64,000 nucleotides of DNA, from assembly GCA_951406725.2 (NCBI GenBank), contig OX597832.1:62558001-62622000 (forward strand), read 5' to 3'. Below are positions 25,620 to 38,344 of this stretch, one piece after another. The notes beneath the pieces are model-generated. The model did no database searches. It saw nothing but the letters and a program-made list of their open reading frames with translations, and was not told where the DNA came from. The DNA comes from Octopus vulgaris. Lineage: Eukaryota. Both the position numbers and the translations under genes were made by a program. The stretch's first letter is position 1. Every line of letters starts with the position of its first letter.

Positions 25620-25821
25620 CTTTCCACAAGCCCTCGAATGTGGGGGGAATGAATTAAGTCGATTACATCGACGCAAGTGCGTAACTGGTACTTATTTAAT
25701 CAACCCCGAGAGGATGAAAGGCAACGCCTACAACGGCGGAAATTGAACTCAGAACGTAGCGACGGCGAAATACCGGTAGGCATTTCGTCCAGCGTGCTAA
25801 CGATTCTGCCAGCTTGACGAC
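25620..25821 (-). mobile_element. SINE family B monomer
   Basis: AGGATGAAAGGCAA..GAACTCAGAACGTAGC..CTAACGATTCTGCCAGC. Confidence 0.85.
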
Positions 25822-25835
25822 TTTGGTGCATAAAT

Positions 25836-26216
25836 GATTCTTTTCTACTCTAGGTATAGGCTCGAAATTTTGGGGGAGGAGGCCAGTCGATCAGATCGAC
25901 CCCAGTATGCAACTCCGAAAGGATGAAAGGCAAAGTCAACCTCGGCGGAATTTGAATTCAGAACGTTAAGAGAGACGAAATACCTATTTCTTTTCTACCC
26001 ACAAGGGACTAAACACAGAGGGGACAAACAAGGATAGACAAACGGATTAAGCCGATTACATCGACCTCAGTGCGTAACTGACACTTATTTAATCGACCCC
26101 GAAAGGATGAAAGGCAAAGTCGACTTCGGCGGAATTTGAACTCATAACGTAGCGGCAGACGAAATACCGCTGAGCATTTCGCCTGGCGTGCTAACGTTTA
26201 TGCCAGCTCGCCGCCT
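25836..26216 (-). mobile_element. SINE family B dimer
   Basis: Two cores joined by the GAAATACCTATTTCTTT linker also seen near 23627; 14-bp TSD TTTGGTGCATAAAT at 25822-25835 and 26217-26230. Confidence 0.9.
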
Positions 26217-26477
26217 TTTGGTGCATAAATTATTGCCGAAATGAAAAGAAAGAGAACTAAAATGTTGAGCAGAAAACTTTATCGGACAGAGATGAAATAA
26301 GTGGTAGGAGGACGGAATTAGTAAAGTTAAATCGGTTTATAAAGCATTAGAAAATTCATTGTTAAGCGTTCTCATGTTCAATAATATAGTAGATATTACT
26401 GGGATACTCTCAGGAACCTTCTGAATTGCTAGCGTCAGAGAAGAATGTGTATGTGTGCGTGTGTGCGTGACATATAG

Positions 26478-26541
26478 GGATAGATAGGTAGACAGAGAAA
26501 TAGGAAGATAGAGAGAGAGATACGTAGATACAGAGATAGAC

Positions 26542-26582
<41 letters not shown>

Positions 26583-26583
26583 C

Positions 26584-26650
<67 letters not shown>

Positions 26651-26705
26651 TGGATAGACTAATAGAATTATAAAGAGAGGTGAAGACAGAGAGAGAGAGA
26701 GAGAT
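26478..26705. repeat. (GATA)n/(GA)n microsatellite
   Basis: Directly visible. Confidence 0.95.
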
Positions 26706-26918
26706 ATGTGTATATATGAAAATATTTTACGTAAATAAATATATTAACATGTGTTTCAATATATGAATACGTGTTTATATAAACATATGCATGTGTGTGT
26801 GTGTGCGCGCGCGCGCGTATATTCAAGTACAATCTCACACACACACATCTATATTTATCTATTTACCTTTATATATATGTGTGGGTATGTGTGTATGCGT
26901 ATGTGGGTGTGTATACAT

Positions 26919-26960
<42 letters not shown>

Positions 26961-26970
26961 GTATACACAC

Positions 26971-27008
<38 letters not shown>

Positions 27009-27553
27009 TATGTATGTATGTATGTATGTTTGTATGTATGTATGCGAAAGAGATGAGCTGTTAGTGGGCTGCAGCGAGTCACGTTAGATTCGCCATCTTG
27101 CCTGTGCAAACAATCTGTTGATGAAATGTGACGTGTCATTATTATGATAATCATTCGCTTCTGATTTTATTGACAGGTACAAAACAACTGTTTGTATAGC
27201 TGCATCTATTTATTCACCTGATTAATATTGGACATTTTATTGGGATTTTCTGGTCCCTAATATGGATTCCACGCCGCAGTGTACACATTAAAAGTCTCTG
27301 CTGTTATCTATGCTTATCAGGGAGATGTTGATACTGTTGACAACAATGACCACGACGACGACGACGATGATAATGATGATGATGAAGATGATGAAGAAGA
27401 GGGTAGTGATGATGATGTTGGTGGGGGTGAGATTTATTTATCTGAAATTTAAGACCTAATTGCAAAGATGGGAATCAAATACAAGAGAAAGGAGACCTAC
27501 TTCTATGATTCACTCCAGCATGTACTGTTGTTGTTATTATTATTATTATTACT

Positions 27554-29323
27554 AAGTGAGAGAGCAGCGCATGCCATCAAAGTGATACTGCGGTACAAAT
27601 ATACGAAGCCCAATATACCCATCATGACTACCCGTCTGGTAAGTGTACACCGGCCATATGCATCACAACCATATGTGCGCGACATGACCTTGCAGGTAGG
27701 GGGCCAGTTTGAAATTTGTTCAGGTTTGAGTAGCCCATCCCGCTCAAAAGTTCCCTGAATAATAGTTGTTTAAAGATATTGATCGAAGCACCCGTGTTTC
27801 CAGAAAGGAATTAGTCAATCCCCAAAGAATTTGGTGAAAAAAGCTTTCAGCTTATGGTGCTGAAAATGATGGAACATGTCAGCTGTCTACAGCCAGCAGA
27901 CTAAGGTGACGTTTGCAGGTCACGCTTCAAGAACCCTATGAAGAATTCTTATAGTTCCAAGCAGTGCTGGTTTTTGTAGGTGTTTTATCTTTACTTTTGT
28001 ACCAATCTTTTTGAACCATTGGTAGTTGAGAGCTGATACTTCTAAATTTACCAGTTACTGTTGGTATCACGTCTACTCTTCTCATTGAAAACAGCCTTTC
28101 CTATTTCCCACTTCAAATCGTTGTAGTTATTCAGTTTATCGTCTTTCTTTTTGATGCTGTTGTCAATGGGATATGCCCTGTCGATTATCATACAAGTTCT
28201 TTCTTTTTTATTCACCACAGCAATGTCCGGTTCCCGATATCTGGACACGTGAACGCACTGAATCATTGCATCCCAAAGGAGTTTGCACTCTTCATTCTCG
28301 GTGACTCCTTCTTGGGTTTTCTCATACCACGTCTTTGCTATTTGTAGACCGGGATTTCCACAGAGCTCCCAAAGTATCATTCTTGCCACCTTGACATGTT
28401 ATCTTATGTATTCACGTTGTGCCAAAATTGGGCATTCGCTAACGATGCGCCATGCCGTTCAGCCCCTCTCTCTACGCATCCTGCATTTCTCGCTCCCGAT
28501 AGCGTTGTCGATTCTGCATTTCACATAGTTATCTCTGAAAGATTATTCGTGTGCTGCGCATATAAGTGCTTCTACCTATGTCTTCGGGTCACTCCACCTC
28601 ATCCATAGCCACCGGTCTTCTGCATCTGTCTTGACAGTACGTTTTCCTCCTTCCCTGCCGTTTATTTTTTGGGATTATTTTCCTCTTTAAGATTTCTTTC
28701 TTTACACAATTACTAATTTTGATGACGCCAGACTTCTTCACATGCATCAACAATGGTTCCACGATAATTTTTACTTACCACCCTCAACTGTTTACCTCTG
28801 CTTCGTTACAATCCTTGAGACTGATCAAACCTCTTCCACCCTCTCTTCCGGACAAATAAACTCTTAAGACAGAAAGATCCGTGCCTTGTAAATATGTTCT
28901 TGTCTTCGTATCCATATCCATTAGTTCTTTCTCTTGCCTCTTTATGATTCCAGCTCCATAATGAAATGATGCTATCGCCCTTATATTACCTGCTTAGATT
29001 TTATCCCATCCGGTCAATTTTGAGCGCAATAACATTCTCAGTCTGCGGAAATAAACCATCTTCACTTGTTCTTTCATTTCCTTCTCCATTATCCCGTTGA
29101 ACTCTAGAATACCAAGGTATTTGCAGTCATCCGTTTCAATTTGTTTAATCAGTTCTCTATTCGGTAATTCTATCCCTGCAGAAGACTGCACCCTACCTCT
29201 TTTCAGGTATAAAACAGGCACAGCACTAAAACAATGTCCCGTGTTCGACAAAGAACTCACCTGTGCCTCATACTTGCTATATAGATTCAAATCATCCATG
29301 AAGAGGAAGTATTTAATTGCTTG
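27554..29323 (-). mobile_element. Decayed R4/Dong-like non-LTR retrotransposon (RT C-half, RLE, 3' UTR)
   Basis: Broken frames FMDDLNLYSK..KYLGILE..YFRRLR and KLLWDAMIQC..REPDIAVVNKKERTCMIID..KLNNYNDLKWEI; (TTA)n at both ends. Confidence 0.88.
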
Positions 29324-29324
29324 A

Positions 29325-29405
<81 letters not shown>

Positions 29406-29406
29406 C

Positions 29407-29471
<65 letters not shown>

Positions 29472-29472
29472 C

Positions 29473-29529
<57 letters not shown>

Positions 29530-30060
29530 GAATGAGTGAGTGAATGGGCAGTGCATGTCATCAAAGTAACACTGGGGTAAAATATACGAAGCCCTGTACA
29601 CCCATCATGACTACCCATCCGATAAGGCTACACCAGGCGCAATGCATCACAACCATATGTGCGCGACATGGTGATCTCATATCAGTATACACAGCTCATG
29701 ACCTTGCAGGTGGGGCTCAGTTGGAATTTTCTTCTGGTTGAGTAGCCCAACCCACTCAAAAGGTCCCTGAATAAGAGTTCATAAAGGATGTTGAAAGAAA
29801 CACCTACGTTTCCAAAGGTGAATTATCCAGACTCCAAACAATTCCTTTCAACACATGACTATGATGCTTCCCCAGTACTTCTGCTCGTGGTCAGAGATGC
29901 ATATATCATCAGCGACCAAAGGACCTGCTCAAATGGTTAAGGTCAAACAACTGACAAGCACATCTGTGGTATTGAGCAGAATATTTGCTGTAGCCCATGT
30001 TTTATACCAAGACAAAACAATGCCAGAAGCCATGAGAGACACCGCTTGGTACTGCATATT
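29530..30060 (-). mobile_element. 3' UTR-only copy related to 27554-27830
   Basis: Colinear with 27554-27830 (CATCAAAGT, ATACGAAGCCC, CCCATCATGACTACCC, CACAACCATATGTGCGCGACATG); (TTA)n both sides. Confidence 0.75.
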
Positions 30061-30073
30061 ATTATTGTTGTTG

Positions 30074-30136
<63 letters not shown>

Positions 30137-30244
30137 GATCAAGAAAGATCAGAGAGCAAATGATGAATCTGCAGGAAAGAAGTCGAAGTATCAATCACCT
30201 TTTGACTGACTGCAGTGCAACGCACAAAAGGAATGCACGAGCAG

Positions 30245-30870
30245 ACGTCGTCGTCATCATCATCATCATCATGGAATATGTGATTGATAATATCGTCAAA
30301 CGTTGAGAGAAAATCCCTTCGCGTTTCTTTTTCGCCCAGAATATTACGTTCCAAGTTCAAATTGTTACCGAAGATAGCAGCAGCACCAAAAACATCGTTG
30401 TCGTCGTTATCTTCGCCTTCGACACCATCGTCATCATCATCGTCATCATCAAAATCACTATCATCTCCATCATCAACATTACCATCATAATCATAATCAT
30501 CATCATCATAATCATCATTATCATCATCATCATAATCATCATCATCATAATCACCATCATCATCAACATTATCATCATTGTCATCATCATTACAATCATC
30601 ATCATCACCATAATCATCATGACCATCATTGTCATCATCTCCATCATCAGTATCAACATCATCACCATCAATAATCATCACCATCATCATCATCACCATA
30701 ATCTTCATCACCATCATCGTCATCATCTCCATCATCATTATCATCATCATCATCATCATCATCATAATTGTCATCGTCATCATTATCGTCATTACAATCA
30801 TCATGTCGTCATCATAATTATCACCATCATCACCACCATCACCATCATCATCATCATCACCATCGCTGTC
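30245..30870. repeat. Degenerate (CAT)n array
   Basis: Directly visible; poly-Asp/His/Met ORFs in several frames. Confidence 0.9.
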
Positions 30871-31295
30871 GTTGCCTGAATGATACACATTTCCCTCCGT
30901 TACACGTTTCAAATGCGGTCTGTGCCAGCAACACAAGCGATAAACTTCAATCAATAGAAACCATAGAACTCTCTCCAAACATTGGTAGCATTTGATTCCA
31001 ACGAAGATGGTCGAAGCAAGATGCTATAATTCATTCTTTAGGGTTCTTGGAGAATGTATCGAAGCAGCAAACAGTGCGAGGAGTGGTGGATATGGGGTGG
31101 GGGTGAGAAGTAGGCGGAGTTAAATGTTTGAAGCAAAAACGAAAATTATCAAATTGGACTGTCATGAAGTTGATGAAGATGCTGATGATGATTGATAACG
31201 ATGATAATTGTGGGGGAGGGAATGATGATGATGGTTGTGGTGGTGTTTCTTGCGATGGTAGTGCTAGGGGCTATGATAAAAATTATATAATAATC

Positions 31296-31338
<43 letters not shown>

Positions 31339-31749
31339 CGATAATAATAATGATAATGTTAATAATAATAATTATAATAATTTTGTTATTGTTGGTATTA
31401 TAACAATAATAACAATTACTATTATTATTATTATTATTATTATTATTGTTATTATTATCATTATTATTATTATTAATATATCATTTCTATCATAATTATT
31501 ATCTTTTACAATTATGTTGAAGTTTATTTTCGGGATTATCACGACCATGAGTAGGATAGGAATGATGATGATGTTGCCGATGACGTTGATGACGACGATT
31601 AAGATGCTGATGATGATGATGAAGCAAACAACGACTACGGCGGAGGGTAGGGTGGCTACGTCGGTAGTGGTGGTGGTGGTGGTGGTGGTGGTGGAGATGG
31701 TGACGATGAAAATAACAAAACAACAAATAATGAAACGAAAAAACGGTGC

Positions 31750-32790
31750 CTGAAAATGGAGAGGCTGGTTGAGAGGGCAAAGATATGTAGCAAGGATATA
31801 GGGATGGTATTCGGTATGTAGAAGTGTATGGGGTGCTCAATTTGAAACGGGTGTAAAAAAAACCAGGTTTAAGGGGCAGAGAATAGCCAAACGGAGAGAA
31901 TATGGAAGAGCTGGATGATGGTGCGTACAAGTACCTTGCGATTTTGGAGCTGGACACTATCTTGCACAGGGAATTTTAATACAAGGTCAACACTCAATTT
32001 TCTCTTGAAATCAACACTGAACCCAAGGAACCTTGTGACTGCCATCAACATATGGGCTGTTGCTGTCGTCCGCTATAGTCTACCCATCCTGAAATGGACA
32101 AGGGCGGATTTTAACCAACATAATCGCATTACCCGAAAGACAGTGACAATGCAAGATGCCCTACACCCTAAGGCGAATTTGCACAGGCTCTACAGGAAGA
32201 GCGGTAAAGGTGGACGTGGGCTGATTAATGTACGGGACTGCATCAACAGTGAAAGAAGAATCATGGCAGAGTATGCTGCTAATGCAGAAGGATTTACCAT
32301 AAATACACTTGAGAGTCCTAATCACATTTTAGTGCTTGTGAAAGTCTTGCGCAGAAAGTGTAAAAGCACAGACACGACAAAGCAGCCCAAAACCTCCATT
32401 GGCTACTATGTCGGAAGTATGGATACGAGGCAACGGATGCTTGGTGTCAACATCCACCAGAAAAGGAGAAGGCAACAATCCTCTTGGACTTTGACTTCCA
32501 GACAGACAAGGTGTTAGGGCACCGAAGGGCAGACATTGTAACATTTAAGAGAGACAAACAATAATAATAATCGACGTGGCAATGTCGGCAGATCAACATG
32601 TCATCATAAAAGAAACAGAAATGATTGATAAATATGGAGACCTGAGAAATGAGATCGCTAAGCTGTGGCAGCTACGAGAGTCAAACATAATGTTTGTCCC
32701 TATTGTCATCGGAGCATTGGGTTCATACCACCCATCCTGGAAAAACATTTGGATACTGTAGAAATACACTACAATCTCGGTGAAGCACCT
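31750..32790 (+). mobile_element. Decayed R4/Dong-like fragment (RT thumb to RLE)
   Basis: LNPRNLVTAINIWAVAVVRYS..HPKANLHRLY....GGRGL, then DVAMSADQHVIIKETEMIDKYGDLRNEIAKLWQL..VPIVIGALG; contains frameshifts. Confidence 0.85.
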
Positions 32791-33369
32791 GGTCTTGAGC
32801 TGGTTCTGAAGCATTTGGGAAGCCGCAATATAAGGTTCAATGTCAGGAACATTGATTGTCACTGTTTGATTGTCACCGTCATGACAGCTAGTTTGTGCGG
32901 ACGCAACTTTTGGAAATATACAATTGACTGCGGTCAACAAAACCACACTGTATTCGTTACGCTTTTTTTTTTCATTTTGGAATTTTTCGTCTTTTACATT
33001 TATTTTTCTTTTTTGTACGTCCGGAAAACAATATTAGAACTGTCTTGTAAAGAGTGGTGAGTCGAAGACCATAAAATTCAACATTGAAGCTAAACAGTCC
33101 GGATGTAGCAGGAAAATCTATTTCAAGGTTTCTCTTTGCGTTTGCCAAAAAGAACAATAGCAAGGACAACTGTTGAATGTTGCTGACATTTCAGTGACAC
33201 CTGGTACAAATACTCGACAAAGGAAATGGTCCTGTACACATTACAAGGGAAGAACTACCACATCCAAGCACCAATTGTCTAACTACAACCGTTGAGGACA
33301 ATTTCAATGCTCAAAGCAACAACAGCAACGAGAGCAAAGCAACGATGGAGCATCGTCTGTAAGCAGCCG

Positions 33370-33748
33370 TTGCACTCCGTCGGTTACGACGACGAGGGTT
33401 CCACTTGATCCAATCAACAGAATAGCCTGCTCATGAAATTAACGTGCGAGTTGTTGAGCACTCCAGAGACACGTGTACCCTTAACGTAATTTTCGGGGAG
33501 ATTCAGCGTGACACAGAGTGTGATAAGGCTGGTTTCTTTGAAATGCAGGTACAACGGAAACAGGAAGAAAGAGTGAGAGAAATTTGTTGTGAAAGAGTAT
33601 AGCAGGGTTCGCCACCACCCTTGCTAGAACCTCGTAGAGCTTTAGACTTTTTCGCTCAATAAACACTCATAGCGCCCAGTCTGGGAGACGAAACTGCAAT
33701 CCTATGACCGCTAGTCCACAACCTAACTATTAGGCCATTGTGCCTCTA
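33370..33748 (-). mobile_element. SINE family D head with tail type 2
   Basis: Head and body (GAGTGTTTATTGAGCGAAAA, CCCTGCTATACTCTTTCAC) shared with 48930-49202; tail shared with 22370-22693. Confidence 0.8.
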
Positions 33749-34191
33749 CTGTAAGTGTCAATTTATGAATCTGGAAACCAAAGACCGACAGATATTGGCA
33801 AATATCTTCAAGTAAGCGAAAATAGATTCCACAAAATTATCACAAAACAAAGGGAGGTTTTGATTTCATGTTTGATAACCTGAAGAAACTCGGTAAAGCA
33901 ATAATTCATCTCTTTCAGAAAAGTAGCCATACCCTGCTGGAAGGAACAAGGCTCCATTCTCAATTAAGTGAAATTCACAGGATTTCGCAAGACTAACGAT
34001 TATATCATAAACGACTTGTACGAAATACACACTGCTTCCAAACGAGGTGTGGATCGAGAAGGGAATTCTTTAAACAGCATCGAAAATGTTAATGGAATAA
34101 TATTCAAATAGACAACATCCTGTGTTATTTGTCCGTAAATCAAAATCAATAACAATAATAACAATCATCATCATCATCATCATCATCATCA

Positions 34192-34287
<96 letters not shown>

Positions 34288-34304
34288 TATTATCATCATC
34301 ATCA

Positions 34305-34343
<39 letters not shown>

Positions 34344-34345
<2 letters not shown>

Positions 34346-34768
34346 TTTTTTTTCTTCTTTCAAATTTGCTTCCATTTCTTGCCGAGTGTCTTCCCGACTC
34401 CTAGGGCAAATAAACTCATAGTATACATTGGTAGGCCATTAAACTAAACTCACTAGCTCGTTCATTTTTTTTTTAAGTTAAATTAAAATACATGGGTAGT
34501 AATAGTTCTCACATCGACAATGCTCTTCTCAATACGTGTGTTGTACCAGTTAACACAATCTTTTGCACTTCTTGCAGGGATGGTAAGCCAGGGATCATTC
34601 TCATATAATTTTCGGTTCCCTTCTTGATCATTCCTAGTGCTCCTACGATCACTGGTATTATAACCGCCTTGAGATGCCACATTTTCTCAATTTCAATGAG
34701 CAGGTCTTTATATTTTCTGAGCTTGTCAAACTCTTTCGCCGAGATATTATGATCACAGGGGATGCTCA
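34344..34768 (-). mobile_element. R4/Dong-like 3' fragment, distinct subfamily
   Basis: MSIPCDHNISAKEFDKLRKYKDLLIEIEKMWHLK..IPVIVGALG..QKIVLTGTTHVLRRAL with its own 3' UTR; (TTA)/(TCA) arrays both sides. Confidence 0.9.
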
Positions 34769-34773
34769 TTATT

Positions 34774-34811
<38 letters not shown>

Positions 34812-34851
34812 TATTATTATTATTATTATTATTATTGTTATTATTATTATT

Positions 34852-36771
34852 CAGTAGTTTTAGTTTTATTTTTATAGCGTGCTTTCACTTCACTACCGAG
34901 CGCAGCTCTGTGTGCCTTGGGTATGTGCTGTGATTTGTTGTGATGCTCTGATGGTTATTGTATGGAAAGTGTTCTGCGTAGGATGTGTGCAGTGCCTAGT
35001 AGTGCAATTTTCTGTATGTTATATGTGTTTGTAAGTCCTGGTGTTTTTGTTATGTATTTGTTTGAATATTTTTTTATCATGCCTAATGCACCTACTATGA
35101 TAGGAATTGTTTCTGTTTTCAGATTCCACATTCTAGTTACCTCTATTTCCAGGTCTTTGTATTTTGAGAGTTTCTCCATTTCTTTTAGAGACACGTTGTC
35201 ATCTGCCGGTACTGATACATCAATTAGAAAGCATTTTTTTTCTTCATGATCTCTGACAACTATATCTGGTCTGTTGGCCTTAATTTCTCTATCTGTGTGT
35301 ATCGGCATATCCCAGAGTATGGTTGCTTTCTCGTTTTCTGTGACCTTTTCTGGTGTGTGCCTATACCATCTTTTTTCTGTTGTTATTCCATAATGTTGGC
35401 ATAGCTTCCAATGTATGTAAGTTCCAACTCTGTCATGTCTGTGAATATATTCCTTCTTAGCCAGGACTGGGCAGCTAGAGATAATATGATTTATTGTTTC
35501 TTGTCCATCTCCACATATTCTGCAGTTACTTGTAATATTTCTTTTCATTACATGTTTTTGGTAATTTCTGGTGGGGAGGCTTTGGTCTTGTGCTGCAATT
35601 AAAAATCCCTCTGTTTCTGCTTTGAGTCCTGAGCTTCTCAACCATTGCTGGGATTTTTCTTTGTCTATTTCTTTTGCGTTTAGTTTAGTCCAGTATTTAC
35701 CATGAAGGGGCTTTTCTTGCCATCGTTTTATCATGGTTCGTTGCTGTTCTATTTTTAGTTTGGATTTCATTCTTTTTATAGCTTTTGTTGTTTCTTCATC
35801 TTCTTCTTCTTCTTCATGTTTATTAGGTGGTATGATTTCTTGTTTGTATTTGTCAGCTTCCTTAAATACTGAGAACAGTTTTTTGTTTTGCTCGTGTTTT
35901 GCCGCTATCTGGATCAGTTTTCCTTCCTTCTGAAGTAGATATTTTTGCAGTCCTATGGTGGTTATTTTATAGTAGTTTTCCAGCTGTATAAGGCCTCTAC
36001 CACCTTCTATACGTTGTATATATAGTCTTTCTATGTCAGATTTTGGGTGATGCATCCTAGATCCTGTCATTATTTTTCTTGTTTTCCTGTCTATTTTGGT
36101 CAGTTCATTTCGTGTCCAGTTAAGGATATTGTAGCTGTAACTTATAACTGGGACAGCTAAAGTGTTGATACCTATTATCTTGTTTTTAGCATTGAGCTCT
36201 GTGTTTAGTATTGATCTAACTCGTCTATAATATTCTTTTTTTATTTTCTCTTTCATTTGTGTGTGTTGTGTCTTATCTAGTTCATGGATTCCTAAGTATT
36301 TGTAAGTTTGGCTTTGGTCTAATTCTTTTATTTCATTTGCTTCATCTAGTGTGATGTTGTTACTCTTAACTAGTTTTCCTCTTTTCATGGTTACTTTGGC
36401 GCATTTTTCTAATCCAAATTTCATATCTATTTCTTTGGTAAATCCATGAACTGTCTTTAATAGTGTTTCCAGCTGTTTGTCATTTGCAGCGTATAGTTTT
36501 AGGTCATCCATATATAAAAGGTGGCTGATCGTTTTGCCGTAACATTTATATCCGCATCCAGTTCTATTTAACATATCAGATAGAGGTGACAGTGCCAAGC
36601 AGAAAAGGAGTGGAGAGAGCGTATCTCCCTGGAATATTCCTCTTCTAATGGGGATGTCTTTGGTTTTCATGAGTCCCTCTTTTGTTTGGAGGTGTAGGAC
36701 TGTTTGCCATTTATTCATAGAGTGCTCTATGAATTTTATGATTGTTGGTGCTACTTTGTTAATGGCTAGTG

Positions 36772-36773
<2 letters not shown>
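34852..36773 (-). mobile_element. R4/Dong-like non-LTR retrotransposon, 5'-truncated, in (TAA)n
   Basis: Uninterrupted ORF running from the microsatellite junction to the stop at 34955, about 100-bp 3' UTR, (TTA)n on both flanks. Confidence 0.93.
34955..36718 (-). CDS. Partial non-LTR RT plus CCHC zinc knuckle plus PD-(D/E)xK restriction-like endonuclease
   Basis: GIFQGDTLSPLLF, HLLYMDDLKL, FGLEKC, YKYLG, GGRGL, CRICG...ETINHIISSC, YIHRHD, RPDIVV..LIDVSVP..KE.EKLSKY. RT motif A is missing through 5' truncation. Confidence 0.92.
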   Translation of the reverse strand: MNKWQTVLHLQTKEGLMKTKDIPIRRGIFQGDTLSPLLFCLALSPLSDMLNRTGCGYKCYGKTISHLLYMDDLKLYAANDKQLETLLKTVHGFTKEIDMKFGLEKCAKVTMKRGKLVKSNNITLDEANEIKELDQSQTYKYLGIHELDKTQHTQMKEKIKKEYYRRVRSILNTELNAKNKIIGINTLAVPVISYSYNILNWTRNELTKIDRKTRKIMTGSRMHHPKSDIERLYIQRIEGGRGLIQLENYYKITTIGLQKYLLQKEGKLIQIAAKHEQNKKLFSVFKEADKYKQEIIPPNKHEEEEEDEETTKAIKRMKSKLKIEQQRTMIKRWQEKPLHGKYWTKLNAKEIDKEKSQQWLRSSGLKAETEGFLIAAQDQSLPTRNYQKHVMKRNITSNCRICGDGQETINHIISSCPVLAKKEYIHRHDRVGTYIHWKLCQHYGITTEKRWYRHTPEKVTENEKATILWDMPIHTDREIKANRPDIVVRDHEEKKCFLIDVSVPADDNVSLKEMEKLSKYKDLEIEVTRMWNLKTETIPIIVGALGMIKKYSNKYITKTPGLTNTYNIQKIALLGTAHILRRTLSIQ

Positions 36774-36843
<70 letters not shown>

Positions 36844-36844
36844 G

Positions 36845-37090
36845 TGGAGGCGCGTGGTTTAGTGTTTAGGGCGTCAGAATCATGATCGTAAGATTGTGGT
36901 TTCGATTCCTGGACCGGGCGACGCGTTGTGTTCTTGAGCAAAACACTTCATTTCACGTTGCTCCAGTCCACTCAGCTAGCAAAAATGAGTAACGCTGCGA
37001 TGGATTGGCGTCCCGTCCAGCTGAGGAACACATACGCCATAGGAACCGGGAAACTGGGGCCATGGGCCTGGCTAGGCTTTAAAAAGGGCG

Positions 37091-37091
<1 letters not shown>
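36845..37091 (+). mobile_element. SINE family C, tail type 3 (well preserved)
   Basis: GGAGGCGCGTGGTTTAGTG A-box, GGTTTCGATTCC B-box, GTGTTCTTGAGCAAAACACTT core; closely similar to the inverted copy at 56735-56980. Confidence 0.9.
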
Positions 37092-37145
<54 letters not shown>

Positions 37146-37195
37146 CATTATTATTATTATTATTATTATCATTATTATTATTATTATTATTATGA

Positions 37196-37408
37196 AGGTT
37201 GTAAGGTGGCAGAATCGTTAGCACACTGGACGAAGTGCTCAGCGGCATTTCGCCCTTCGTTGTGTCCTGAGTTTAAATTCTGCCGAAGTCGAAGTTGCCT
37301 TTCATCTTTTCCAGGTCCATAAATTAAGTACCAGCTGTGTGCTGGAGATCGATGTAATCGACTATCCTCCTCCCTCAAATTTCAGACCTTGTTCCTATAG
37401 TAGAAACC
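37196..37408 (+). mobile_element. SINE family B monomer
   Basis: GTGGCAGAATCGTTAGCAC head, GCCTTTCATCTTT..AAATTAAGTACCAG core. Confidence 0.85.
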
Positions 37409-37434
37409 ATCATTATTATTATTATTATTATTAT

Positions 37435-37475
<41 letters not shown>

Positions 37476-37654
37476 ACGGCACAGCAGCTGCACGGAGATT
37501 TTCCACTGATTTACAATAATTACACCACAGTAGCAATCCTGAAAGAGATTAACGAACTGTTAAGGAAAAGAAGATCACGGACCAGTTAATGTTTGCCTTG
37601 AATGACCCGCATACATTCCATGTCCACGACACATCGCTACATATACCACTATCA

Positions 37655-37737
<83 letters not shown>

Positions 37738-38024
37738 GCATAGGGGCTTAACCTAACAAGTCCCTACAAAATATAATAACCAGATGCTGCAGTATGAGAT
37801 TGGATCGAATGAGTGAGTTTTGCTTCTCTTCTGATTGTTTTTATCTTCTTCAACAGATTAATGTTTTTTGCAAATGAGAAACAGAATCTTCACATGTATA
37901 AAGTCGAATCAACGGTTGTAATCAAGGAATATTGTTTGCGAAACTTGGCCTGTTGATTTTGTTTATATTTTTTAATGTATTCGTTTGTATGTGCATACAA
38001 ATACATACACACACACACACGCAC

Positions 38025-38089
<65 letters not shown>

Positions 38090-38307
38090 AAGAGAGAGAG
38101 AGACAGAGAGAGACAGAGTGGAGAGACAGAGATAGATAGATAGATGTATAGATAGACAGACAGACAGACAAATAGATATAGATGTATGTGTATGTATACA
38201 GACATATATGCATACATATGCGTGTAGATATATACATATATATGTGTGTGTGCATGAGTATGTCCTTGTGATCGTTTTGTTTGTTTAAACATACATACAC
38301 ATACATT

Positions 38308-38344
<37 letters not shown>

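Noticed and set aside
30139-30978. 279-aa Asp/Met-rich ORF
   Set aside because: A (CAT)n array read-through that shifts between poly-D and poly-M; no recognisable domain.
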